A stretch of DNA of 64,000 nucleotides. It comes from Macrostomum hystrix (Eukaryota; Animalia; Platyhelminthes). A program made the position numbers and the translations under genes. The stretch spans positions 5,084,001 through 5,148,000 of the forward strand of contig CATNEN010000003.1 of the NCBI GenBank assembly GCA_950097015.1. Direction: 5' to 3'. The notes below the pieces were generated by a model that saw only the letters and a list, made by a program, of their open reading frames with translations, was not told the origin of the DNA and ran no database searches. This document shows, one piece after another, positions 21,957 through 34,000 of the stretch. Position 1 is the stretch's first letter; every line of letters begins with the position of its first letter.

Positions 21957-24204
21957 AGAAAGTTTAATTGTGGGCGGGATTCTCTTGGATCAAGGCCGCT
22001 GGCTGATCGATGAATTATCGCTGGCGCTGATCTATAAGTTCAGCTGAGCTGAGGGCTTTCACCAGTGAATAACTGAAAATTCAATTTACGAGTAACTGCG
22101 AGGTTAGCTCATGAAGGCTAGAAATAAATTAAATCTCCACTCCCCTCTCCCCTGCCTAATCTAGCTCCTCTCTCCTCCTTATTCTCTCCTCTGCCCTCTC
22201 CCCTCTCCAATCTTCTCTCTCCCCTCTTTCCTCTCTCCTCTCTCCTCTCCCCTCCTCTCCCCTCTCCCGCTGTTGTTGTTAAGTCAGTTGTATTACGAAA
22301 GCTGTAGTTGATTTTTATTAGCAGAGTTTGTTTGTAGATTGTTAACGGTAGAACGGATCGTGAGAGCATAGTGCATTTGTCTCTTAAATACAATTTAGAG
22401 GTTTTGAACCTAGACATTACTGTACTGGGCTAAAGAAAGCATTCTAGAATATTCTAGAAGGGTGTTGCTATCTTTAGAAGCGTGCGCATCAACTGGGGAA
22501 GGAAAAGCTAGGCTAACAATTAAGGGCGGTTTTATGGAGGTTCAGTCCGAACCCGACACCCCTCACTCCTCTCTCCTCTCCCATCTCTGCTCTCCTCTCT
22601 CCCCTCACTTCAGCACGACACTGACTTGGAGCTGTATTCCTCAACTTGGAATGCAGATGACAAACTTCGAGCTCGACTCTGTCGATGGAAGATTTCGCTT
22701 CGGGGTAAGATCGCAGCGGCTAATGTTCTGATTGAACTGCAGACTTCCAGGCCAGATCAGCAGGTGGCTCAAAGGGACCGAAAATTATCTCAAGTAAGCT
22801 TTATGGTGCTCTAACTCTGTATGGTACAGGACAGGGAATGAACAGAATTCTAAACAAGTACGACAATGTGGCGGTTAAAAAGGAAGGACAAAAATAGTTA
22901 CTTTGTGTGCATTTTAAGCACGGGCTAGCTTTGCGTACTCATGTGAATAGGGGTGTTCGGGTTTCCATTTTTCCGGGTTTGGGGTATACCTCGAACCCGG
23001 TACACTGACCCCGAACCCGGAACCCGACCCGAGCCCTTAACCCCGAACCCGGTACCCGACCCGGACTTAAAACCCGACCCGACCCCGAACTTTACCCGAC
23101 CATCTCCTGGACTTGGAGTCATGGTTGAGGACAGTATGCTTGTCTTAAAATACCAGTATTCCGCCTTTTCCTCTTTCTACTTTTCAATTGTTAACTTTTC
23201 TCCCCACTATGACTACACTACTCAACTCCTCAGTCGTACTCTTCAGTTCACCCTCAGCTCCTCAAGGCCTCAGGCAGGTTTTTATGTAGGTCAGGTAGGT
23301 CAGGTAGACTCTGACCTACCTGAATGTGTTCATATTTATCTGCTCTTATAGTCTCAGACATGCTGCTAGTCAGTAGTCAGCAACAGTGTAGCCCTAGCCC
23401 CTAATACATAAATTATAAGCTAAGGCTAAAAGCAGGGCTAAGGTAGTACGGTAGTACGGTACATGTGAGCCTGCGTACAGTATCTGTGTGCGTGTGTGCT
23501 CAGGAGTCATCGAAATGGGCAGATTCAGAATTGCCTCCTGACTGGGTACGGGTCTATTGTCACCAAATGATGTGCCATTGCCCGCAGCCCTGCTACTATT
23601 ATTATTATTTGAATACTATTATTTATAAAATATATAAATATATATATTATTATTTATATAGCAGTACATCTTTGTAAAAAAAGTAAAAAACTTACCGTTA
23701 TTTTGTTTAGCCACATTTTGCCGGATACATATGTCGATAGAACGCGTATAGATCACGGAAGCTTTTATGTTAATTGTACTGGCGAAAACACATTTTCTGG
23801 TTAAATACAGTGATGGGGGTTATTCCATGGAAAATCCATTTTAAGAACTGTTTCATTGCTTGGAAAGAAGTAAGGGTAGATTTCATTTTTTTATTAGAAA
23901 TTTAAGGCAATAATAGAGGTACCAGTGAGATAGGAAGTTTTCTATGTTCACACTAGCCTTTTGCAAGGCTACACCGAGCAAAAGCAGCATGCGACAGAGC
24001 TGACACGAGCCCCTGGGCAATACTGAGGCAATACCGGGACGATTCCGGGACGATTACGGGGCAGTTCCGTGGCAATTCCGTGGCAATTCGGAGACAAGAC
24101 GAATTTAAATTAGACATTCCCTGAATTTCACATTGCCTAATTATCAATGTCACGAAATTTCGTAATAAAAAATCTGACTTGCAAGCGCTTTCACACATCC
24201 CCCC

Positions 24205-25030
24205 AAAAAGGCATCCCCAAATCCCACATCCCCAAATCCCACATCCCGAATCCCACATCCACGAATCCCACATCCGTAAATCCCACATCCCCAAATCCCA
24301 CAGATGCGAATCGCACATTCGAAAATCCCGCATCCCCGAATCCCTCATCCGTAAATTCCACATCCATAAATCCCACATCCCATATCCCACATCCCCAAAT
24401 CCCACATCCCCATATCCCACATCCCCAAATCCCACATCCCCAAATCCCACATCCCCAAATCCCACATCCCCAAATCCCACATCCCCAAATCCCACATCCC
24501 CAAATCCCACATCCCCAAATCCCACATCCCCAAATCCCACATTCGAAAATCCCGCATCCCCGAATCCCTCATCCGTAAATTCCACATCCATAAATCCCAC
24601 ATCCCATATCCCACATCCCCAAATCCCACATCCCTATATCCCACATCCCCAAATCCCACATCCCCAAAGCCCTCATCCCCAAATCCCACATCCCGAATCC
24701 CACATCCCCGAATCCCACATCCGTAAATCCCACATCCCCAAATCCCACAGATCCGAATCGCACATTCGAAAATCCCGCATCCCCGAATCCCTCATCCGTA
24801 AATCCCACATCCCCAAATCCCACATCCCCAAATCCCACATCCCCAAATCCCACATCCCCAAATCCCACATCCCCAAATCCCACATCCCCAAATCCCACAT
24901 CCCCAAATCCCACATCCCCATATCCTACATCCCCAAATCCCACATCCCCAAATCCCACATGCACAAAATCTTAAGCCTCTTAAATCCCACATCCTTCAAA
25001 TCCCATATCCACTGAATCCCACATTCCCAA
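24205..25030 (+). repeat. 15-bp minisatellite (AAATCCCACATCCCC)n; shorter paralog at 18830-19045
   Basis: Direct tandem units; explains the repetitive ORFs here. Confidence 0.96.
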
Positions 25031-26207
25031 ATATCAATCCTCACAAATAATGGATGGAATGTCCTCTAGCAGTTACTTTACTTCAATCCAAGAGTAGTCT
25101 TTACAGAGGACTAGCAGAAATAATTTCTGTATTAGACATGAAGATAACCATAAAATACAGCACTTCTTGCGTCGATAAGTGACGTTCTTATTAATAGATA
25201 AATAAATAAATAAATAAAATCATGCTAAACTACGGTTTGCTTTCATTCCTATATGATAGAAGGACCAACTGCTCTTCCTCTTGAATGGACAAACCGCCGA
25301 TACCATAATATTGATAATACGAGGGGGCCGTTTCTCGAAGCCGTCGTAAGATCTATGGTAAGATCCATCTTATGCCAGTGGCTTACGTTCATCCTAAGTT
25401 GAATCGGAAGTGCGTTTCCCAAAACTCTCTTAGATCCGACGCAACTTAAGTTGAGCGTAAGTGGGGTTGCCTGCCGTGGACACGTTGTCTATGGGCAAAG
25501 TTGAGAGAGAAATAAAGAGAAGATAAGGGGAGGGCTCGTAATAACAATTATTATTATTGCAGGAGGGCTGTGAGCAACGGCACATCATTTGGTGACACTA
25601 GATGCGCAGCCAGCGAGGAGGCAATTCTGCCAATATCGCTGACTCCTGAGCACACACTCACACAGGCAGTGTACACTCTCACTGTGCCTTGGAGGTTATC
25701 CCCTAAGAGCGTAAAATGCACGACAAGCCCCCCAAGCCTTCTCTCAGCGGCTGCGCCCCAAATGAATGTGACCTCGCCGCGGAATCGAGCTCAGGGACCT
25801 TGGTGCGTGAGGAAAACTTGTTTGACCGCTATGCCGCTCACACCCCGCGACGCTACCAGATGATGCACGGGATTTTGGAAAGTCTTCTCGTCTAGCTACT
25901 TTGCTCAAGTACTCAGAGAGCGAGGCACTCATGTGCGCTAACAGTTCCTGGTTTCGCCTTTCGTACAAATGCATAGAAGCAGCGTTTGGTGTTTGTACCC
26001 TACACTAGCCAAAACATTTTACCGGATAGAGTGAAGTGAAGCAATAGGAAATTGTCCGTAAGTGTGTTGCTCAAGGATGCAGACTGTCGAGTAGTATCTT
26101 AAGCTGATCTTCGAACCTCTTACCTCTCGATCGCGAATCCGAAACTATAACCACTGGGCAACAAAATGCCTCAATTTTCAAAACGCAAGGATGCAGTGCA
26201 ATGCAAT

Positions 26208-26735
26208 TGTAGTTACAGTGGTCGGTTGGGTTCCCCGGCCTACAGTACTATTAAGTATGATACGAATAATTAATATAATCACACAGTACAGTACCAAGTA
26301 AGATGCAGTACTCCGTACAGGCCTGGCACTCCGGAAGAAAAGAGACGAATGCAGCGCTTACCGGTCGGAACGCAGGATGACAGTCTTCGATTTCGTTTAT
26401 TTGTACAATTAAAAAATAACTTGAGACTTCGCAGTAAGAGCCCGTCTTCACGGCTGGAATCTGAAAGTTCCCGGCACGGGCAGATATTGACAGCAAGGGG
26501 GCAGACAGGGGAGGCGGTGCACATGCAGAGTCAAGCCACCAGCGCGCAGGGAGGGGTAGGCTTGTACGCGCTGGCCGAATGCCCGCGCCAGCCAATCAGA
26601 TGGCGGCACAGGGCACCCTGAGCATGGCCGGGGAAGGAGGGAGAGAAAGGGCGAAGCCAAGGCCGAGCCAAACAAACCGGCCTCAAACACAACGGCCTTG
26701 GCGAGCAGTCGGCCTGAGAAACAAAAGGCACTACA
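26208..26735 (-). mobile_element. Probable solo LTR
   Basis: TGTAGT...ACTACA termini; flanks CAAT/CAAG (one mismatch); GC-rich CCAAT region and minus-strand AATAAA, as in the LTR at 35754. Confidence 0.55.
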
Positions 26736-26907
26736 CAAGGACTACTAAACAGGTCATGTGTCGCTTTGTGGTCCTTGGTGCAAGGCTACTTAAATTCTTC
26801 TTAGCTTTAAGTACACCTTCATGCAAAGAAATTATAACTTTACGTCATGCAGTGCTTTAAGACCATTTCGCTTTTCAGCTATCCTTAGTTAAGGGGGTTG
26901 TTTACTA

Positions 26908-27190
26908 GGGGTTTGTAGCCTAGTCATAAGAGCATCGGACTCACGACTTGAAGGTCGTGGTTTCGATCCTCGGCTCTACTGGAACAACTTGTGTCCATTA
27001 GCAAGACACTTAACTATTGCGTTGCTTCAGTTCACCCAGCTGGTAAATGGGTACCAGCATTGGCTGGGGTAATTTAGCGTGGGTGTGGCGTCCCCCAGTC
27101 CATGGACTGGACAGCCGTACGCAGTCTTCAGAAGCGCCGCGGCTGTGCTGTCTGCTGCAAATCGATCTGGCCTAATTGACGCAGGTGTCA
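26908..27190 (+). mobile_element. tRNA-derived SINE with Nin/Deu-like core
   Basis: A-box TAGCCTAGT, B-box GTTTCGATCC, core CACCCAGCTGGTAAATGGGTACCAGC; colinear with 56176-56470. Confidence 0.85.
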
Positions 27191-27493
27191 AAAGCAAACA
27201 GAAAAGTCACTTCACTGCAATGCAACAAATGTTTAGCCGCAAATTGAGAACTGCTCCTGTATTGTTATTGGCCAGCAGCCGTTTGCATCAAATAAACCAT
27301 AAAACACGCATGAAATTATACGTTTTTTGCTGAATAGTTTTGGGGACAACTTGCAAAAAAGTATTGAGTAATCTATACATGTTAAACGCATGCTGTGGTT
27401 ACTATGATTACGTAAATAATCCTAGTCGATAATAAAAATAAAGCAAAACAATATTTCGAACAGCTGTTCCTCTGCAGGGCGATTTTGACACCA

Positions 27494-29970
27494 TCATTTC
27501 TCATCCTCCAGCCTTCTGGTCTGTTGGCCTGTCTGTGTGCCGTTCTGGGACATAATATTCAGCCGTTTGAGCTTGCCAACTTCGCCACCGTAATTCTCGC
27601 AGCCCTGGACTTTCGCTACTGTGGCTACAGCTGTGGTGACAGCGGCAGCCGACGACTTGTTGTTGCCCGACTGTGCGACGTCAGCGACGTCGCCGTCGTG
27701 CAGGACGCTGGAGTGCTTATAATAGTTCTTCCAGATAGCGTGTAGCTGATGCTGCTGGTTCTTCAGTCGACTCTGCCACTTTTGAAGCTGCTGCTGCTGC
27801 GGCTGTTGCTGTTGCTGTTGCTGGTGCTGCCGCTGTTGCTGCTTCAGCTGCTGCTGCTGTTGCTGCGTTGGCTGCTTTTGTCTCGCATGCTTCATTAGTT
27901 CATCATCTTCCTGAAACTGGTCTGCTTCTTGTCTGCCCTGTCATGAATGAATGTTATGCTCCATGACTGACATCTCTCAACTCACCATGCATCAGAACTC
28001 GATGCATTTAGCGACATGTACTCTTAATATTCACAATCAAAGCACGATCGTTAGTTTAATGTTTCAATGTACTCACGGGTGATTCTTTCTGCATGTTGAC
28101 CTTGGACATGTAGACGGGATTTTTGGCGATGCGTTTGAGCTCGTTAATGTGGCACCTGTTGAGCTGCAGCATCTTGGCCCGCATGAGCTGCTGCACGTGA
28201 CGCTGCTTGGACAGGACATAGTCCTGCAGAGGCTTCTTTTTCTTGTGAACCTCCGTCAGCTTCTGCTTGAGCCTTGGCCACAGATTGTCTGGCGCAGTCA
28301 TCGAGGTGAAGTCAAAGAGCGCCAGCTCGAAATGTTTCTCCGTAGGACTCTTCTTTGAGTAGGCGACCAGACAGCTCTGGCCTAGGCTGAGCACGTCGCC
28401 TAGCCGGAGCTTCAGAAACTGGAACACGTTGCCGTCAAAGTGGTTTATCAGGCCTAGCACCACGCTGCGCTGGTCTCTACTAGTGCAGCGAACCACGAGA
28501 AGCTCATCTCCCACGGTGTGTACCGACTTGAAGCGGTCGTAGCTCTCGAAGCTCACTTTTCCCTCATTCACCTTATCCACTGAACAATGCTCCTCGTTTA
28601 TGTAGTAGCGTAAAACCCTATGATCCAGTAGCTGACCCACTGCCATGAAGTTGTTCTGCTCGTGAAATTGTTGCGAATAATTTAAAGCTTGATTGTGTAC
28701 ACTGGCATAATATTTATCCTCAAAAAAGTTCTATTAAGGGCAAAAAATGTTAAAATTTATTTTTCTAAAGAGATATTAATAATGTAAGAAATCTTGAGTG
28801 CTTTTTGTTATCCCATTTAAAAATCCAAGGCTACGAGCCGGTACAACAATCCGATGTCGCCTGACTTTCCCGACGCCACCGACGTCCAACGACTGAAGAA
28901 ATCCGATGAAACGAAAAATGCGCGAAAACGTGCGAAAAACTTGGAGAAAAACTCCCGACGTCGTTGAATGTCGAGAAATCTGCCGACGTCGGATTGTTAC
29001 GAGTATATAGAGAGGGAGCTTTATAGCCCCATAGTTTAGAGTTAAAAATCATCCAAACCGGAAGTAAATAACGTGCCATCTATAACAAACAAGAAAACTA
29101 CCTGAAAGAGGCTGATAAAATCGATTGAATCGACCGTCAGTTCGCATTCGCAGCACAAGATCCGTTTCAGGTTGGCAGTGTCGTACAGGATAAAGCTATT
29201 GTCCTGCTGCAGCACCAGACGCTTGTTGTTGCTTGAGATGGCAAAGTGCTGTGGCCCGCAGCCAATGCTCATAACCACGTGGTTGAGTAGGCTTCGATGA
29301 TGCAGGCTAAAGACGCTAAAGCAGACAGGGACGCTGGACGCCCGCACCAGGAGGATTCGATCCGCGTTGACCCACTCCAACCGGTCAAACACAATCTTCG
29401 GACTGTTTTCATCGAAAAGGTCATAGATGAGCGGATTTCCCTTGGGGTTGACCCACAGCACCAGGTAGCTGGAGGTGTTCCGGTCTGTCCATAAGCTGGC
29501 AATTCTGCCGTCTCTCCATTTTAGTTCCACGAAGTTGTACTCAAACACGCTGTTGACGCTTTCCATGTGAATGTTTTCCATGTTTAGTAGTTGAACTAGG
29601 CTCTCACTGACTAGCACCATCATGTTGGATTCGTTCTGTTGCATTCATGGATACAAAAGAAAAACCAAGGGTATAATTTTCAGTACATGGCAACTTAAAC
29701 ACGTTTATTAGACATTAATAATAAAAAGGAATCTAGACTCACCTCAGCGACAGGAAAAATGGACACACCCATGTCGCATATTCCGGTGCCAATTTGCGAT
29801 TCGATCTGCATTGTGCGCCTGTTGAAAATAAACAAATTCTCAAAGCTGCTATCCAGCACGACTAAAAAATCTTTGAGAAGGCAAGTCTGCGACGGGGTGA
29901 AGGCTAGATTTGCAGTTTTTGGCAGCACACCGTAGTGCCAGTTGTACATAATGCTGTCAAACTCAGACAT
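27494..29970 (-). CDS. Uncharacterised protein of about 619 aa, possible beta-propeller N-terminal region and poly-Q tail; 4 exons
   Basis: Exons 29970-29743, 29635-29102, 28730-28077, 27937-27494, all GT-AG and phase 0. The last acceptor is less certain. The fold is a guess from beta-strand-like periodicity. Confidence 0.75.
28845..28998. mobile_element. Intronic MITE-like palindrome
   Basis: About 30-bp imperfect IR AACAATCCGATGTCG... / ...CGACGTCGGATTGTT. Confidence 0.65.
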
Positions 29971-31057
29971 GAGTTTGTCTTTGTATTCTAGAGGCTCTAC
30001 AAAATAATAAATAAGCTTGACAACGTGCTAATCTTTGTTCTCGTTATTTGCCTTCAGAGTCTATGCCTTCTCTTGTATCGCCATGCAATTAAAATTTCCG
30101 AAAAGTTTCAGCTTTCAAGTTTTATCTGACAGTCTCGATGCGGACTACTGCCATAGACAATTGTTAGTACGTTGTTCCTCTTAAAATTCGATTCTAAAAT
30201 TACTTTGAAATTGAACCGTAAATGAAGTTTCAAAAGAATATAAGTTCTCGAGAATAGGAGATAATATGAATACGAGACGCTTTCTCTGAGACGTTTTGAC
30301 TACTTATTGCATTTTATGGAGGCTATTATACTTAATTAAACTTTGTTTAATTTATTGTAACTGTCTTTGACATCATAGTTTAAGCATTTGATTTCCTTGT
30401 CGAAGCACATGTATAGAGGAGTATTCACATTTAACCATGCAGCATTATAATTCCTTTTTTGTTTTACTCTATGATGCAGTTAGCTAGTGCTTGCTAAAAT
30501 TTAAATACACACGTACTGTACTAGCGCCCACCATAGACAATGGAATGAACTATACAGGTTGGGTCTGCTGATATCAGTACAGTACCTAGGATCAGCTACT
30601 CAAAAAGGTTATGTCCAGCTCATAAGACTGATCCACTCGCTCTAATGTATTCTATTTAGACTGAATGCAGCTGCAATGGCCACTATGGGGAACGGTTCTT
30701 ATAAATATTTAATTTATGGAACAGCTCCACAATATATACACTGAATCACGCAAGATTCTTTCAAAATGCGAGACACAACTCCTTAAATAGGCGAAAACGT
30801 CAGTTTTTTTACAATGAGTCAGGGAACTGAGTAAATACGTCTCTTGTTAAGGGCATTTAAATACGCCTTGAATTGTTTTGATCAGGTAATTGGTTGATTA
30901 GCTAAGTCTGATTATCTAGTCGATCAAATCAGACACCCAAAAATATTGATCCATCTGTATATAATTGCTATGTGTTTAAAACATTGATTGTATAAGCTCG
31001 TTAAAATCGACGCTAGCTGTGAAATTATATTAAATCAAAATATTATTTCTAGACGCC

Positions 31058-34000
31058 ATGTTTCGTATTCCTGCCATGGAGCTAATGGCTGCTGGTCGTT
31101 CAGAGAGCCTCATTGTATCCTGGAAGTCGTCCGGTATTGTGTTTCAAACTACCACATCCGAGGACGCGCTTTTGAAGACAGTAAGTTATTAGCTGCTCTT
31201 GTATACCAAAAACTGTATCTGCTATTGCCGTTACTCGCGTGTGTAATCTGTCGAACGCTTTGTAGTCCATGGAAATAAAATTTATAAATGAATGACTTAG
31301 TTAGTACTTATGACCATGTGTGAATAAATGTAATAAAAAATAAATAACGATAATAACACTATAGCTATTGGGACTGTAAATTTCGCATATAATCGCACAA
31401 TCGCATCGTGTTTTCTTCTGCCGTATTCTCTTTGACTTCGGCACACAGAAACTATTTTTTCTAAAATTTCAGGTTTGTCAACTGTGTGGAGGTAAGGACA
31501 TTGCTAATACATATTTTATAAGGTCTCTGCATCAAAGTTAATCCTAGTTTAGCCGAGCACGAAAGCAGTTTATTTAAAGCACGGATAAGAGTATTGTCGG
31601 TATCACTTTCACTTTCAAGTTATTTTCTTTAGACTTTGTCGCAAATATTTTTGCTAGGTCTGTCTTTACAACAAAGCATTACTTTTACTGCTATAAAACT
31701 ATAGGTCAATAGTACTCATTGAGTAAGTCACCCGTCAGTAAAATCTGAACTATTTTTTCTAATGGTGCTTTAGATCATTCTAATTACGTGAACATTAACG
31801 ACGTGTAAAAAATTAAAATATTTATTTCTTAGAACCTATTTTTTGTAAACGCCCTGTTTGATTGGCAGGAAGAATGATTCACAGATTGATTTATGCTGAA
31901 AATTAAAAATTTATAGCATGATTAAATGTGTGGCTGTATTGTTCGAAATAATTTAAAAAGCACAGTTTTAATAATATGACATTTAAACTATATTTATGGA
32001 TAAATACTTATTTATTTATTTGTTTACGATATATATTTATGAATAAATAATATATATTTCTGAATAGATGATATATATATATTTGAATAAATAATATATA
32101 TTTATGAATAAATGATATATATTTCTGAATAAATGATCTATATTTATGAATAGTGCTTTAAATATTCTAAGGTTTCAAATAGTAAGTAATCCGTTGCTAA
32201 TTTAGTAAACACCGTTATTAAAGGAAAAGCTTAAGAAAGCAACATTTTATTCTAAAGCCTAACAATCAGACAATCAGGGCAGATGTAGGCCCTATCCCAT
32301 TGTGTGAGATTATGCCTGTGTTACTGTGTATAGTATCTATGTGCCTGTGTGCTCAGGAATTAAAAAAGGGGTCAGATAGTCTCCTTGCTTCTGCAGGCAG
32401 TGTTGGGCGCATTACTAGAAAGTAATTGTAATGGCAGTTAAAAACAATACTGGATGATGAGAAAAATTAGGTAACAAAAATACTAAAAATAGTAGCAATC
32501 GTGATTTTTGATTGTTACTTTCTGTTTTTACACTTTTATTAAAAATATAATATTTTAATGTAAATATGTTATAAATACATGAAGCTTTCTTTATTCGTCA
32601 TTACTTTAATTATATGTTGTAATCTTTAATATGATCATCCACTTTTAGACTCCATTAGGCCTATCATTATTACTCTCACTGATCTTGATCATTTTGGGCT
32701 TGTGTTTAGTAGCCATGGTGAGATGACATTAGATTATATTGAGATTATATTTATATTTAGATTATATACAGCCCAGCTACCTACCGGCCAATCACAGCAC
32801 AGCTGGGGGAGGGGTAGACTGGGGCAAGGGCCACAGGGTGGCCCTGCCAACCAGCGCGCAGACAACACAATGTCGGCTAAGTGGCTTACACTGCTGAGCC
32901 TCTAATGTCAAAAACAACTACGGTATGCCGCGTGGGGGGGGGGCAAGTGCACTTGAGCAGTGCCACCGCACATGCACAACACCCCGCCTCCCAAAAAAGA
33001 AAATACAGTTATGGACAGAAAACGCGTAGTACAATAATCACCTGCCACCACAAAAGATAATGCTGCTAAACTAAAAAGAATGATGCAAGGCATGGCCCTC
33101 AAAAATTGAATGAGGAGACAATGAATTACAGAAAGGATGATGCAAAGTCTGTCACTCAGGGTAATGATTAAAAAAGGGCCAAACAATGATGCAAACTCTG
33201 AACATTCACTTCAGGCAGGGCCCACTTGCCTCCCCTGGTGGTGTCAGAACTCCAGGCTCTGTCTTCTGTAGTGGTGGCCATGTCCCCAGGCCAGATCCAG
33301 CGTGGGCCATATGAGATGTTTGGATGTGGGATGTTGACTGGTCTGGCGTCCCCAGTATAGATTTGGTGTTCTACCAACAGTGTCACACCCAGCTGCACTG
33401 AATCCGTCGCAAAAATGTCTGCGTATGATCTGATCAGACTCTTGAAACCCTGGCGCTGGTCCTCCATCGTCGCCACCCTGCCCCATTCACCGAGCTTTTC
33501 GAACATGGTCTCTGCTCAAGGTCGAGATTCTGCTGATGCTTGATGGGGCTCCACTGGCTGGGTTGTCCTTCAAGGTCGCTATCTTCAGGCTTCCGAGTTG
33601 TAGTGGTCGATACCACCCGACTGTCTCTCCCCGTCGCAGCCGTACTGGCTGCTCTGACACATTGCAGACCCACACAGGCATCTCTCCCTTTTCATCCGGC
33701 GTTACTAGTGCTCTTGCCGCAATCATGCCATCCTCAGTTGTTTGCTTCCTTGGATCCATCATGCCTGCGACTCGTGCGCTGGTGCCACTATTTCTTTCAA
33801 GTCGCGCGACGAGTAGTCTCGTGACCTGGCTACAATGTCGTGGTCTCCTGCACACGGATCCGGCACACAACGGATCGGCAGTAGTGCATCTCTTAGCTGA
33901 AGCACTGCCCTGGCGTAGTCAATCTGGCAGCCATGCCATTGGAGGAAATCTGATCCCAACACAAGCTCGTAGCCGATGCCCGCAATGACCAGCACGTCGA

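Noticed and set aside
25323-25470. Harbinger-like terminus GGGGCCGTTTCTCGAA
   Set aside because: No matching opposite end or TSD was found in the window.
27986-28022. Extra micro-exon in the minus-strand gene
   Set aside because: Splice-like signals exist, but the phases do not fit or inclusion introduces a stop.
32917-32950. Polypurine tract for the 3' LTR remnant
   Set aside because: The G-run is on the wrong strand for a minus-strand element.
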